Of a stretch of DNA of 64,000 bases, positions 9,733 through 20,462 are shown piece after piece. A program made the position numbers and the translations under genes. This DNA is from an uncultured virus (IMG/VR IMGVR_UViG_3300000117_000018) (Duplodnaviria > Heunggongvirae > Uroviricota > Caudoviricetes). The stretch is taken from IMG/VR virus record IMGVR_UViG_3300000117_000018; one strand, 5' to 3'. The stretch's first letter is position 1. Every line of letters begins with the position of its first letter. The notes under the pieces are model-generated. The model searched no databases. It worked only from the letters and a program-made list of their open reading frames with translations, and had not been told where the DNA came from.

Positions 9733-11490
9733 ATGAGCTTCCAAGTCTCTCCAGGTGTGCGCGTACGTGAGATTGATCTCACCAACGTAGTTCCTGCTGT
9801 TTCTTCTTCAATCGGTGGTTTTGCGGGTGCATTCTCGTGGGGTCCAGTTGAAGAGGTACGTCAGGTAACTTCCGAGAAAAACTTGGCCGAAACGTTTGGT
9901 GTTCCAAGCCTCACTAATAACACATCTTATTTTACTGCAGCTGGTTTTCTCCAGTATGGTAATAACCTACAGACAGTAAGATGTGAGACAGCGGGTCTTA
10001 AGAATGCTATTGCGGACGGTACTGGAACAGCAGTACTGATCAAAGGTCAAGATAACTACGACGCATCTTTTTCAGCCGGCCAGGCCAACGTTGGTCCGTG
10101 GGCTGCCAAGTATCCAGGTACACTGGGTAATTCACTTAAAGTAGAAATTTGTGCGCCAGGGCATTATGCCACATGGACAAACGCAGCTAATTTCGACTCA
10201 GCACCAGGTACAAGCCAATACGCAGAAAGTCAAGGCGTATCAGCTGCACTTGATGAACTACACATTCTTGTCATTGACGAGGGTGGACAATGGACAGGCA
10301 CCGCCGGTTCAGTTTTAGAAAAGTTTGCTTTTGTATCTCAAGCATCAGATGCAAAACTCTCAAATGGTGAATCAAACTTCTATAAAGACGTTATCAATGC
10401 TAGATCTGCCTACATTTGGTGGATGGATCATGATTCAGTCCTTACAGATGCAGGCACAGCTCTTAGCACTGCTGCTAGTGGCTTTGCATTTACAGGTTCA
10501 AGTACTGTAATTACTGATTCACTTACGTTAGGTGTTGATGATAACACTCTAACTGCTTCCGCCATTCAGACAGGTTTTGACCTGATGGAAGATGGCGAAA
10601 CACTAGATGTTAATATGCTAATTTGTCCTCCATTGGATAACTCATTAGCTAATGCATCATCAGCTTGTGTCGCGGTTGCCAATGATCTCATTGCAATTGC
10701 TACAGCAAGAAAAGACTGCTTAGCAGTTATTTCACCGCCAGTACAATTTACTTCTAATCCTGCAGGACAATCAATCACTGATGTTAACGGTGGTTCTGTT
10801 GCAGCTACAGCAGTAAATAACGTAGTGGCATTTGCCGATTACCTTACATCAAGTTCATATGGAACACTCGATTCTACAGCACTGAAAGTATACGATAAGT
10901 ATAACGATGTGTTTATCGATATTCCTTCAAGTGGACATGTTGCTGGTCTTATGGCAAACACTGACACCGTTGCAGATGCATGGTTCTCACCAGCAGGCTT
11001 TACACGTGGACAAATTTTAGGCGTAACTCGCGTATCATTTAATCCTAAGAAAGCTGAACGTGATACATTGTACAAAGCAAGGGTCAATCCTATTGTTTCT
11101 TTCCCTGGCGAAGGTACCGTTCTTTTCGGTGATAAGACACTCTTATCTCGTCCTTCTGCTTTTGATCGAATCAATGTACGTAGGCTATTCATGGTATTGG
11201 AAAAGGCAGTTGCTACTGCTTCTAAGTTCCAACTCTTTGAATTCAACGATGAATTTACACGGGCCCAGTTCCGTAATCTAGTTGAGCCGTTCTTAAGGGA
11301 GGTCAAAGGCCGCAGGGGTATTACAGACTTTAAAGTAGTCTGTGATGAGACAAACAACACTGGTCAAGTAATTGACGCTAATGAGTTTGTTTGTGACATC
11401 TACATTAAGCCTGCCCGTTCTATTAACTTTATCACATTGAACTTCATCGCCACACGTACTGGTGTTGATTTCGATGAGATTGCAGGTTAG
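9733..11490 (+). CDS. gp18: Tail sheath protein gp18
   Basis: SPGVRVREIDLT, WFSPAG, FDRINVRRLF, IKPARSINFI. Confidence 0.97.
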   Translation: MSFQVSPGVRVREIDLTNVVPAVSSSIGGFAGAFSWGPVEEVRQVTSEKNLAETFGVPSLTNNTSYFTAAGFLQYGNNLQTVRCETAGLKNAIADGTGTAVLIKGQDNYDASFSAGQANVGPWAAKYPGTLGNSLKVEICAPGHYATWTNAANFDSAPGTSQYAESQGVSAALDELHILVIDEGGQWTGTAGSVLEKFAFVSQASDAKLSNGESNFYKDVINARSAYIWWMDHDSVLTDAGTALSTAASGFAFTGSSTVITDSLTLGVDDNTLTASAIQTGFDLMEDGETLDVNMLICPPLDNSLANASSACVAVANDLIAIATARKDCLAVISPPVQFTSNPAGQSITDVNGGSVAATAVNNVVAFADYLTSSSYGTLDSTALKVYDKYNDVFIDIPSSGHVAGLMANTDTVADAWFSPAGFTRGQILGVTRVSFNPKKAERDTLYKARVNPIVSFPGEGTVLFGDKTLLSRPSAFDRINVRRLFMVLEKAVATASKFQLFEFNDEFTRAQFRNLVEPFLREVKGRRGITDFKVVCDETNNTGQVIDANEFVCDIYIKPARSINFITLNFIATRTGVDFDEIAG

Positions 11491-11501
11491 GAGGATAAAC
11501 A

Positions 11502-12029
11502 ATGGCAATTTTAGGCGTAGATGATTTCAAATCCAAACTTGTAGGTGGTGGAGCACGTGCTAACCTCTTCAAGGCAACCATTAACTTTCCTGGTTACGCA
11601 AATGGCGATGTAGAACTTACCTCGTTTATGTGTAAAGCAGCAGCTCTTCCAGCTTCTATCGTTGCACCGATTGTAGTTCCATTTAGAGGACGTCAACTGC
11701 AAATTGCAGGTGATCGTACCTTTGAACCTTGGACCGTTACAATCATTAACGATTCGAATATGGAAGTGCGTAATGCATTTGAACGCTGGATGAATGGTAT
11801 CAATGAGCATAACAATAATACTGGTTTGACTAATCCATTGGATTACCAGGCTGATATGGTAGTAGAACAGCTTAACAAAGCTGGAGTTGCGACCAAGCGT
11901 TATGACTTACGTGGTCTATTCCCAACTAATATCTCTCAAATCGAACTTTCATACGATACTGAAAATGCGATTGAAGAGTTTACTGTTGAGCTCCAAGTTC
12001 AGTACTGGGAGTCCGGAACCACTACTTAG
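11502..12029 (+). CDS. gp19: Tail tube protein gp19
   Basis: GGARANLF, AGDRTFEPWTVT. Confidence 0.95.
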   Translation: MAILGVDDFKSKLVGGGARANLFKATINFPGYANGDVELTSFMCKAAALPASIVAPIVVPFRGRQLQIAGDRTFEPWTVTIINDSNMEVRNAFERWMNGINEHNNNTGLTNPLDYQADMVVEQLNKAGVATKRYDLRGLFPTNISQIELSYDTENAIEEFTVELQVQYWESGTTT

Positions 12030-12035
12030 TAGTGT

Positions 12036-12043
12036 TATAAATA
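12036..12043 (+). promoter_or_regulatory. T4-type late promoter
   Basis: TATAAATA upstream of gp20. Confidence 0.7.
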
Positions 12044-12045
12044 GT

Positions 12046-12074
12046 ACTAGAGGCGGTCAAGTATCGCCTCTAGT
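12046..12074 (+). terminator. Stem-loop between gp19 and gp20 (terminator or processing site)
   Basis: ACTAGAGGCG...CGCCTCTAGT inverted repeat; weak U tail. Confidence 0.5.
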
Positions 12075-12094
12075 TAACTAGTTAGGGAAATATT

Positions 12095-13603
12095 ATGGCA
12101 GAATTATTCGGCTTTGAAATAAAAAGAAAAGACCAAGAGAAAGAAGATGCAAAGAAAGTTTCCTTTGTTGCACCTGAATCTGATGACGGTCTAGGTTATG
12201 TTGTTAATGCCGGTGGTCACTTTGGTCAATACGTTGACATGGAAGGTGACAAGGCTAAAACAGACCAACAACAAATTATCAAGTATAGAAACTTGGCAAT
12301 GCAGCCAGAATGTGATGCTGCAATTGAAGATATTGTTAATGAATCTATTGTAGCCGATGATGATTCAGCACCCGTATCCTTAAAAATGGATGACTTAGAT
12401 CAGTCAGATAAAATTAAAAAACTAATTACCGAAGAATTCCAAACAGTTATTGAACTGTTAAATATGAATTGGCAAGGACACGATATTTTCCGTAGATGGT
12501 ATATTGATGGCCGGCTTTATTTTCATAAAATTATCGATGAGAAGAACCCAAAGGCGGGTATCATTGAACTAAGAAATGTAGACCCAATTAAGATTCGTAA
12601 GATTCGTGAAGTAAAAGAAGAAAAAGATCCGACAACTGGTACTAAAATGATTAAAGGTGTGAAAGAATATTACCTTTATCAAAACAATTCTATGTCAAAG
12701 ACATCTCAAGGTTTGAAAATTTCAAAGGATGCTATTACATATGTAACATCAGGTGTATTAGATCCAAGCCGTAAACGAGTACTTTCTTATTTGGATAAGG
12801 CAATGAAGACTGTTAACCAGCTTCGTATGCTTGAAGATTCCTTAGTCATTTATCGTTTGTCAAGAGCACCTGAACGTCGTATATTCTATATTGATGTAGG
12901 TAACTTGCCAAAAGGTAAAGCTGAAGAATACCTAAGAAACATTATGACGAAGTATCGTAACAAGTTAGTATACAATGCTTCAACTGGAGAAATGCAAGAT
13001 GATCGTAAACACATGTCGATGTTGGAAGACTTCTGGTTACCGCGTAGAGAAGGTGGCCGAGGCACAGAGATTACAACATTACCAGGAGGGGAAAACCTCG
13101 GGCAGATCGACGATATCGTCTACTTCCAAAAGAAACTATATAAGTCTCTCAACGTCCCAGTCAACAGGCTCGAACAAGAAGCCCAGTTCTCCTTGGGTCG
13201 ATCTTCTGAGATAACAAGAGATGAATTAAAATTTCAGAAGTTTATTAACAGGCTTCGTAAACGTTTTTCTATGTTATTCATGGATTTGCTACAAACACAG
13301 TTAGTACTTAAAGGTATTGTTACTGAAGATGAGTGGCAGGAAATGAAGCAATTTATTAATATTGACTACCAAAAAGATACTCACTTCTCAGAGCTAAAAG
13401 AATCTGAGTTACTTAGAGAGCGTCTTGGTACTCTTCGTGAAATGGATGAGTATGTTGGTAAATACTTCTCTGCAGAATGGTTACGTAAAAACGTACTTAT
13501 GCAGTCTGAAGAAGATATTAAAATGATTGATGACCAAATTGCAGCTGAAGGTGATGAGAATGAAGAACCTGATGATGATGCAGATTTGGATGTAGAAAAC
13601 TAA
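12095..13603 (+). CDS. gp20: Portal protein gp20
   Basis: YRLSRAPERRIFYIDVGNLPK, EDFWLPRREGGRGTEI. Confidence 0.97.
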   Translation: MAELFGFEIKRKDQEKEDAKKVSFVAPESDDGLGYVVNAGGHFGQYVDMEGDKAKTDQQQIIKYRNLAMQPECDAAIEDIVNESIVADDDSAPVSLKMDDLDQSDKIKKLITEEFQTVIELLNMNWQGHDIFRRWYIDGRLYFHKIIDEKNPKAGIIELRNVDPIKIRKIREVKEEKDPTTGTKMIKGVKEYYLYQNNSMSKTSQGLKISKDAITYVTSGVLDPSRKRVLSYLDKAMKTVNQLRMLEDSLVIYRLSRAPERRIFYIDVGNLPKGKAEEYLRNIMTKYRNKLVYNASTGEMQDDRKHMSMLEDFWLPRREGGRGTEITTLPGGENLGQIDDIVYFQKKLYKSLNVPVNRLEQEAQFSLGRSSEITRDELKFQKFINRLRKRFSMLFMDLLQTQLVLKGIVTEDEWQEMKQFINIDYQKDTHFSELKESELLRERLGTLREMDEYVGKYFSAEWLRKNVLMQSEEDIKMIDDQIAAEGDENEEPDDDADLDVEN

Positions 13604-13608
13604 ATAAT

Positions 13609-13616
13609 TATAAATA
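13609..13616 (+). promoter_or_regulatory. T4-type late promoter
   Basis: TATAAATA upstream of 13646. Confidence 0.75.
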
Positions 13617-13645
13617 ATCATTAGTAACAGGAGTGAAACATTATT

Positions 13646-13954
13646 ATGGCAACTACAGAAGAATTGATTGATACCTTATCAAAAGGTGACATGGTACAAG
13701 CAGGACAAGCATTTACTGATTTAATGAATGCTAAAGTCCAAGACAGTTTAAACGATCGCAAGGTCGAATTAGGACAGCAAATGCATCTCTCTCCAGAAGA
13801 GATTGAGGCTATGAATGCAGAAGCTGAGCCTGATGAGGATGAATTAGAAGAAGTCGAAACTGAGGAAGAGTCTGAAGAAGAATCTGAAGAGGATGCCGAA
13901 GAAGAGGAAGTTGAAGAAGATGAAGACATTCAACCAGATTCGACAGAGTCTTAA
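13646..13954 (+). CDS. Prohead core protein, gp67-like
   Basis: Small, very acidic C-terminus, directly after the portal gene. Confidence 0.65.
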   Translation: MATTEELIDTLSKGDMVQAGQAFTDLMNAKVQDSLNDRKVELGQQMHLSPEEIEAMNAEAEPDEDELEEVETEEESEEESEEDAEEEEVEEDEDIQPDSTES

Positions 13955-14153
13955 CGAAGCAATTAAGCTTGCTTCTGGAGAAAAAGAAGTTAAGAGTATG
14001 AAAGTTGGAAAAGGCAAAAAGTTTCCAGCTATTATTACTAAGAAAGGATCTGCTTTTATAGCATATATTGATGGCGATAAACTAGATCAGTTTAAGAGCC
14101 AAAAAGAAGCAGAAAAAGCAATTATGGATTTTACTAAGTTGATGGACAAATAA
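13920..14153 (+). CDS. Small basic prohead/internal protein (gp68 position)
   Basis: Start MKTFNQIRQSLNE (ATG 13920); lies between the gp67-like gene and gp21. Confidence 0.55.
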   Translation: MKTFNQIRQSLNEAIKLASGEKEVKSMKVGKGKKFPAIITKKGSAFIAYIDGDKLDQFKSQKEAEKAIMDFTKLMDK

Positions 14154-14155
14154 AA

Positions 14156-14791
14156 ATGAAGTTAATCACGGAACATATCGAAGACGTACAGGTTATTACC
14201 GAAGCTAAAACCGATGGTAGTAAAAAGTACATCATTGAAGGTATTTTTATGCAGGCTAACAAGCCAAATAGGAATGGCCGTATGTATCCTCGTGAAATCC
14301 TAGAATCAGCGGTTAACAAATATGTAACCGAACAAGTTTCCAAAGGTAGAGCCGTTGGTGAGTTAAATCACCCTGAAGGACCTACCATTAATTTGGATAA
14401 AGTATCTCACAAGATTACTGAACTTTCGTGGGACGGTAATAATGTTGTGGGTAAGGCAACTATTTTGGATACTCCGATGGGTTTGATCGTACAAGGTCTG
14501 CTCGATGGTGAGGTTCAAGTGGGTGTCTCAAGTCGTGGAATGGGTAGTCTTGCTAATAAAGGCGGAGTGAATGTCGTAAATAATGACTTCATGTTAAATG
14601 CCGTGGATATCGTACAAGACCCATCTGCACCAGAAGCTTTCGTCAATGGCGTAATGGAAGGTGTAGAATGGATCTTTGAAAATGGTATATTCAAACAGCA
14701 AGAAATTGAACAGTTCGAGACAGAGATCAAAAGAGCTCCAAATGCAGATATGCAAATGAAAGCCTTTAAAGATTTCCTCTCAAAACTTTAA
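14156..14791 (+). CDS. gp21: Prohead protease gp21
   Basis: NRNGRMYP, GELNHP, GVSSRGMGS, DPSAP. Confidence 0.96.
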   Translation: MKLITEHIEDVQVITEAKTDGSKKYIIEGIFMQANKPNRNGRMYPREILESAVNKYVTEQVSKGRAVGELNHPEGPTINLDKVSHKITELSWDGNNVVGKATILDTPMGLIVQGLLDGEVQVGVSSRGMGSLANKGGVNVVNNDFMLNAVDIVQDPSAPEAFVNGVMEGVEWIFENGIFKQQEIEQFETEIKRAPNADMQMKAFKDFLSKL

Positions 14792-14809
14792 CTCTGAAGG
14801 AGTAATTAA

Positions 14810-15841
14810 ATGTCAGAAGAAAATCAAGTTGATGTTTCTGAAGATACACTCCAAGATGAACTCGTGAATGATACTGTTGAAGTTTCTAATGAGGATAATC
14901 TTGAAGAAGCTGCTGCCGCAGATCCTAAAGCCGATGGCGTAAAAGCTGCCGATGAGACAGACAAAGCAATTGATGCGTCTGCTCCTAAGCAAGCTCCAGT
15001 GCCAAAGACTAAGGCTGGGATGGTAAATGCTATGTATAAAGAGATGTCAAAAATGAATAAAGAAAAGCTCACTGCATCCTATAATAAAGTGATGAATAAT
15101 GAGAGCACAGAAGCTGATGATGCTGAAGGAATCTTCGAAGAAGATCTTACTGCATTGGTTGATTCTGAAGCTACATTGTCTGAAGGTTTTAAGGATAAAG
15201 CTGAGATCATTTTTGAAGCTGCACTTAAGTCTAAGCTTGGAGAGCACGTTGAGCGTCTCGAAGAGTCTTATGCTGAAGAGCTAGCCGAAGAAACAACTCG
15301 AATCCACAACGATCTCGTAGAGAAAGTTGATGGCTACCTTAACTACGTCGTAGAAAACTGGATGGAAGAAAATAAATTAGCGATCGAAACTGGTCTTCGT
15401 ACCGAGATCTCTGAGTCTTTCATGAAGTCGTTACACGGTGTATTCACTGAGCATTACATTGATGTTCCTGAAGGTAAAGTCGATTTGGTTGATGAATTAT
15501 CAACTGCAAAAGACAACCTTGAAGAGCAAGTTAATGCCACAATCGCTGATAACGTTGCACTTAAAGAGCAAGTTGAAAAACTTAATCGTATCGTTATCGT
15601 TAACGAAGCTTCTGCCGGTCTTTCTGAGGCCCAAGCTGATAAGCTTAAGTCATTGGTAAGTGATATTGATGCCGACGATGCTGATGCATTTACTGCAAAA
15701 GTTGAGCAGGTAAAAGAATCATATTTCAAGACTAAAGTAACCTCAAATGATGCTACTGAAGAAGTTATTGCCGAAGGAACCGATCAAGAGATCGAAGTTT
15801 CTGGTTCAATGGCTCACTACTTAGCAGCACTTAACAAATAA
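14810..15841 (+). CDS. gp22: Prohead scaffold gp22
   Basis: Acidic coiled coil, IFEAA, YLNYVVENWMEEN; synteny. Confidence 0.92.
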   Translation: MSEENQVDVSEDTLQDELVNDTVEVSNEDNLEEAAAADPKADGVKAADETDKAIDASAPKQAPVPKTKAGMVNAMYKEMSKMNKEKLTASYNKVMNNESTEADDAEGIFEEDLTALVDSEATLSEGFKDKAEIIFEAALKSKLGEHVERLEESYAEELAEETTRIHNDLVEKVDGYLNYVVENWMEENKLAIETGLRTEISESFMKSLHGVFTEHYIDVPEGKVDLVDELSTAKDNLEEQVNATIADNVALKEQVEKLNRIVIVNEASAGLSEAQADKLKSLVSDIDADDADAFTAKVEQVKESYFKTKVTSNDATEEVIAEGTDQEIEVSGSMAHYLAALNK

Positions 15842-15861
15842 TCCATAGGGAGAAACTAATC

Positions 15862-17220
15862 ATGTTTACTACTGATAAACTTCTCGAGAAATGGAACCCA
15901 GTACTCGACGTAGATGGCGATTTGAATGATCGTTATAAGCGTGGTGTAACTGCTACTGTTCTCGAAAATACTGAAAAAGCTCTTGCTGAAGAGCGTGGAC
16001 ACGGCCAGTTCCAACTGAACGAAGCCGCTCCAGCTAACGCAACTGGTTCGAACATCGGCAACTGGGATCCAATTTTGATCTCTTTGGTCCGTCGTTCTAT
16101 GCCTAACCTTATTGCTTATGATATCGCTGGCGTTCAGCCAATGACTGGTCCAACAGGACTTATCTTTGCAATGAAATCTAAGTACGGCACACAGGGTGGT
16201 GATGAGGCTTTCTTTAACGAAGCTGATACTGACTTCTCTGGTGTTGGTTCAGGTCACCTTGGTGGTTCTTCATCTCTCGTAGGTGATATTAACCCTCCAG
16301 GTCAGTCTGGCCAAACTTCTGCTGACGCTAACAGCGACGGTGTAGAAGACGTATTCGGTGCTGGCCAGCCTGCAGCTACAGCTAAGGCTGAAGCTCTTGG
16401 TGATGGTTCCGTAACCGGTATGGGTACTGGTGGTCACTTTAATGAAATGGCGTTCTCAATCGAAAAAGCTACCGTTACTGCGAAGTCACGTGCGCTTAAG
16501 GCTGAGTACTCCATGGAATTAGCCCAAGACCTTAAAGCAATCCACGGCTTGGATGCTGAATCAGAGTTGGCAAACATCTTGTCTGCTGAGATTCTTGCAG
16601 AAATCAACCGTGAGATCGTTCGTACAGTTAACGTAAAAGCCAAGCGTGGTTCTCAGCAAGCTGATATCACTGCTGCTGGTACTTTCGATGTTAACGCTGA
16701 CTCAGATGGCCGTTGGTCAGTTGAGAAGTACAAAGGTCTTTTAGTCCAGACTATGCGTGAAGCTAATGTTATTGCTAAAGAAACACGTCGTGGTAAAGGT
16801 AACTTTATCCTGTGTTCTTCAGACGTAGCTGCTGCACTGAGCGCATCAGGTATGCTTGACTATACACCTGCTCTTGCTGGTAACGCTAACCTTACTGTAG
16901 ACGATACAGGAACAACCTTCGCCGGTACTCTTTCAGGCGGAATGAAGGTCTATATCGATCCATATGCGAACGTAGACTATATCAACGTCGGTTATAAGGG
17001 TGCAAATCCTTACGATGCTGGTCTTTTCTACTGCCCATACGTTCCATTAACAATGGTTCGTGCAGTTGGTGAGAACACCTTCCAGCCGAAAATCGGCTTC
17101 AAGACACGTTACGGTATGGTTGCAAACCCATTCGTTGGTTCAACACCAGGTAACGACACAGGTACCGATGCTACTAACCAGTACTATCGTATCACAAAAA
17201 TTACAAACATCCTTTCATAG
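15862..17220 (+). CDS. gp23: Major capsid protein gp23
   Basis: GVQPMTGPTGLIFA, ELAQDLKAIHGLDAE, FQPKIGFKTRYG. Confidence 0.98.
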   Translation: MFTTDKLLEKWNPVLDVDGDLNDRYKRGVTATVLENTEKALAEERGHGQFQLNEAAPANATGSNIGNWDPILISLVRRSMPNLIAYDIAGVQPMTGPTGLIFAMKSKYGTQGGDEAFFNEADTDFSGVGSGHLGGSSSLVGDINPPGQSGQTSADANSDGVEDVFGAGQPAATAKAEALGDGSVTGMGTGGHFNEMAFSIEKATVTAKSRALKAEYSMELAQDLKAIHGLDAESELANILSAEILAEINREIVRTVNVKAKRGSQQADITAAGTFDVNADSDGRWSVEKYKGLLVQTMREANVIAKETRRGKGNFILCSSDVAAALSASGMLDYTPALAGNANLTVDDTGTTFAGTLSGGMKVYIDPYANVDYINVGYKGANPYDAGLFYCPYVPLTMVRAVGENTFQPKIGFKTRYGMVANPFVGSTPGNDTGTDATNQYYRITKITNILS

Positions 17221-17241
17221 GTTTTGTAATTCAATATTGAG

Positions 17242-17271
17242 AAAGGCGGCCTTCGGGTCGCCTTTTTTGTT
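17242..17271 (+). terminator. Rho-independent terminator after gp23
   Basis: AAAGGCGGCC-TTCG-GGTCGCCTTT followed by a T-run. Confidence 0.9.
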
Positions 17272-17273
17272 TG

Positions 17274-17281
17274 TATAAATA
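17274..17281 (+). promoter_or_regulatory. T4-type late promoter
   Basis: TATAAATA. Confidence 0.75.
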
Positions 17282-17303
17282 GTCTTGTACAAAGGAGGTT
17301 CTA

Positions 17304-17525
17304 ATGAGAAGAAATTACAATTTTCAAAAGCTACAAGCAAATGAATATATTGACGTTAGAATCAGCCAGCTTAAAGAGGACATGGCTAAGGCAAGTGATC
17401 CAATGGACCAAGCTTGGTACAATAGATTAATACAAGAACTTGACTGGGTAAAACAAATGGAAAGTAAACCTACACATAACTGTTATATTGGTCAAGAACT
17501 AACTGGAACAATGGGGACAATTTAA
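17304..17525 (+). CDS. Hypothetical protein
   Basis: Strong SD AAGGAGGT; 73 aa. Confidence 0.7.
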   Translation: MRRNYNFQKLQANEYIDVRISQLKEDMAKASDPMDQAWYNRLIQELDWVKQMESKPTHNCYIGQELTGTMGTI

Positions 17526-18061
17526 TGCCATATAATATATCTGTAGACTTTAAAGATAATCTTAGTCAAGGTAGTGTTGCTGCTTTGAACTTTGTAAACC
17601 CAACGGCATTTAAGTTAGTCATTGATTCACAAAAATATAAAAATGCACAGTTTATGGCCCAGACTATTGCTTTACCTGATATGTCTGTAACAGGAGCTGT
17701 GTTTAATACAAGAAACCGTAATATTGTAGAAGCTCCAGATAAAATCGAATATGGTCAATTTGATATGACCTTTCTTATTGATGAGTATCTTCTCAACTAT
17801 AAAGAATTACATGATTGGATGCTAGGTCTTGTGACTGAAGACGATCAAGGTGTTCGTAAAGAAAGAGATATGACACTACAAATTTTAAGTAGTCATAACA
17901 ATGTAATATCTGAAATTCAGTTTACAAACGCAATTCCTGTTAACTTAAGCTCTTTACCGTTTGATGTTAAATCAACTGACGTAGAATATTTGACTGGCAA
18001 TGTAACCTTCCAGTATAACTACTTTAAGTTCCTTACGAAAGGGTTTAACGGAGGCGTATAA
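17525..18061 (+). CDS. gp3: Tail tube terminator / tail completion gp3
   Basis: FLIDEYLLNYKELHDW, LQILSSHNN, tail-tube-like; position after gp23. Confidence 0.8.
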   Translation: MPYNISVDFKDNLSQGSVAALNFVNPTAFKLVIDSQKYKNAQFMAQTIALPDMSVTGAVFNTRNRNIVEAPDKIEYGQFDMTFLIDEYLLNYKELHDWMLGLVTEDDQGVRKERDMTLQILSSHNNVISEIQFTNAIPVNLSSLPFDVKSTDVEYLTGNVTFQYNYFKFLTKGFNGGV

Positions 18062-18064
18062 ATA
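18057..18064 (+). promoter_or_regulatory. T4-type late promoter
   Basis: TATAAATA upstream of uvsY. Confidence 0.65.
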
Positions 18065-18083
18065 ATTTTACATAATGAGGTGA

Positions 18084-18530
18084 ATGATGAACTTAGATGA
18101 TATATTTGAAATGTGGAAAAGGGACTCTCAAATTGACGAGAATAACCTAGATCAAGCCACGCTTGAGAATGCTAAACTGCACTCAAAATACTTAGAACTA
18201 CATTCCAATGCCAAACTACAAGTTAAGCGTAAAGAGCTTGCTTTCAAGATCTTGCTTAAAGACAAGTGGTTATGGTATAATGGAAAGATGACTCAAGAAG
18301 AAATGACAACTAAAGGTTGGAGTTTTGATCCACTTAATGGACTTAAAATATTGAAAGGTGAGATGGACTACTACTATGATTCTGATAAAGAGATTCAAGA
18401 GTCACAGGCTACTATTGAGTACTGGAAAACGATTGAAGAGGCTTTGAAAGAAATTATGGATACTATAAAATGGCGTCATCAATCTATCAAAAACATGATT
18501 GAATGGCGGAAGTTCACCTCAGGTGTCTAA
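18084..18530 (+). CDS. uvsY: Recombination mediator UvsY
   Basis: WKRDSQID, LHSKYL, IKNMIEWRKF. Confidence 0.85.
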   Translation: MMNLDDIFEMWKRDSQIDENNLDQATLENAKLHSKYLELHSNAKLQVKRKELAFKILLKDKWLWYNGKMTQEEMTTKGWSFDPLNGLKILKGEMDYYYDSDKEIQESQATIEYWKTIEEALKEIMDTIKWRHQSIKNMIEWRKFTSGV

Positions 18531-20038
18531 TGCCCACAATTATTAAGATTAAGAAAAAGAATCATGCAATGATTGTAGTTGATTCAGAACCAAGTGTTTT
18601 GAATGAGCTATCTGACTTCTTTACATTCTATGTTCCTGGATATAAGTTTATGCCAGCATATAAGAACAAAGTATGGGATGGAAAGATACGGTTGTTTGAT
18701 ATACGAACTCATGAACTGTATGCAGGTCTCTATAGGTATGTAAAAGAATTTGCAAATGCTGAAGGTAGAGATTATGCCATTGAGTTAGAGCATGATAATT
18801 ATTATGGTTATCCAGAAACAACTGGTGAACCTGATATGAGTTTCTTAAATGACTATACAATTACTGGTAACAAAGGCGAAAAGATTGAGCCAAGAGATTA
18901 CCAGATTCGTGCTATAGAACACGGTTTAAGAACTAAATCGGCAATGTTGATATCGCCCACTGCATCTGGTAAGTCACTTATTATCTATTGTTTGATGCGT
19001 TGGTACTTAGAAAACCATGATAAGAAAGTGCTTATTGTAGTACCAACAACTTCTCTTGTTGAACAGATGTATTCTGATTTTGAAGCTTATAGTAAGTATG
19101 ATGAGAATTTTGATAATAGTATTTGTCAAAGAATCTATTCTGGAGCACCCAAACATAACGATCCTTCAAGGGTTATTATATCGACTTGGCAATCAATTTA
19201 CAAACTGCCTGGTACTTGGTTTTCACAATATGGTGCAGTATTTGGAGATGAGGCACACAACTTTAAAGCTAAATCATTGACCAGTATTCTTACAAAACTG
19301 AGAGATGCTGAATATAGATTTGGAACAACGGGTACTTTAGATGGAACACAAACTCATAAGCTAGTACTTGAAGGATTGTTTGGTCCTGCTTTCTATGTAA
19401 CTACAACTAAAACTTTAATGGATAAAAATGATCTAGCTCAATTGGACATTAAGGTCTTATTATTGAAATATAAAGACGAGCACTGTCGTGTAGTGAATAA
19501 ATATAAGTATCAGGACGAAATTGATTGGATTGTAAGATACGAAAACCGTAATAATTTTATTTCTAATTTAGCTTTAGATCAAGATGGTAACACGTTAGTT
19601 CTATTTCAATTTGTAGAGAAACATGGAAAACCTTTATACGACTTAATCTTAAAGAAAGCACATAAGAGAAGAAAAGTCTTTTATGTTTCTGGTGAAACCG
19701 ATACTGACACAAGAGAACATGTACGNAAGATAACGGAGGAACAGAAAAATGCTATCATTGTCGCATCTTTGGGTACTTTTAGCACCGGTATCAATATTCG
19801 GAATTTACATAATATTATCTTTGCTTCACCATCGAAAAGCCAGATCAAAGTTCTTCAATCAATTGGACGAGGATTAAGGAAGAGTGATGATGGTAAGAAT
19901 ACCGTATTGTATGATATCGCAGACGACTTACATTGGAAGAGTTCCAAAAACTATACACTCTTACATGCGGCTGAGAGAATTAAAATATACACTAAAGAAC
20001 AGTTTACTTTTAACATTATAGAGATCCCATTGCCATGA
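18530..20038 (+). CDS. uvsW: SF2 helicase UvsW
   Basis: PTASGKS, DEAH, QSIGRGLR; start at ATG 18530. Confidence 0.95.
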   Translation: MPTIIKIKKKNHAMIVVDSEPSVLNELSDFFTFYVPGYKFMPAYKNKVWDGKIRLFDIRTHELYAGLYRYVKEFANAEGRDYAIELEHDNYYGYPETTGEPDMSFLNDYTITGNKGEKIEPRDYQIRAIEHGLRTKSAMLISPTASGKSLIIYCLMRWYLENHDKKVLIVVPTTSLVEQMYSDFEAYSKYDENFDNSICQRIYSGAPKHNDPSRVIISTWQSIYKLPGTWFSQYGAVFGDEAHNFKAKSLTSILTKLRDAEYRFGTTGTLDGTQTHKLVLEGLFGPAFYVTTTKTLMDKNDLAQLDIKVLLLKYKDEHCRVVNKYKYQDEIDWIVRYENRNNFISNLALDQDGNTLVLFQFVEKHGKPLYDLILKKAHKRRKVFYVSGETDTDTREHVXKITEEQKNAIIVASLGTFSTGINIRNLHNIIFASPSKSQIKVLQSIGRGLRKSDDGKNTVLYDIADDLHWKSSKNYTLLHAAERIKIYTKEQFTFNIIEIPLP

Positions 20039-20427
20039 CATACAGTTTAGACGATATCAATATTCAATTATTCAAACTATCATCAGGAGATGAGATTATC
20101 TCTCTTGTATATGAAGAGCCTGGAGGTGTTCTTATTGGATTAGAAAGTCCACTTCTTCTTCATACGAAAGTAACTGCCGAAGCTCATTCATATGCATTTA
20201 GTGATTGGGCTCCAATGTCTAAGAATAGAGGTAAAATTAACCTTAACCCGACTCATGTCATATCTCAGTCAGAAGCAGATGATGAGATTAAAGAGCGATA
20301 TATAAGAATGTGTTTACGGATGAGAGAAGATGAAATGGAACTAGAAGATGATCATCACGATCCTCTTAGAGATGAGCAACTAGAACAGTTCTCGAAATTA
20401 GTACCTAAGAAAGCTTCTATACACTGA
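20035..20427 (+). CDS. Conserved T4-like hypothetical protein (between uvsW and gp55)
   Basis: FKLSSGDEII motif; synteny. Confidence 0.6.
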   Translation: MTYSLDDINIQLFKLSSGDEIISLVYEEPGGVLIGLESPLLLHTKVTAEAHSYAFSDWAPMSKNRGKINLNPTHVISQSEADDEIKERYIRMCLRMREDEMELEDDHHDPLRDEQLEQFSKLVPKKASIH

Positions 20428-20462
20428 CTGTGGGTATCCTCCCCTCCTCAGCCTACTCTCTT

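Noticed and set aside
13820..13930. GAA/GAG-rich repetitive tract
   Set aside because: It encodes the acidic tail of the gp67-like core protein; not a DNA repeat element.
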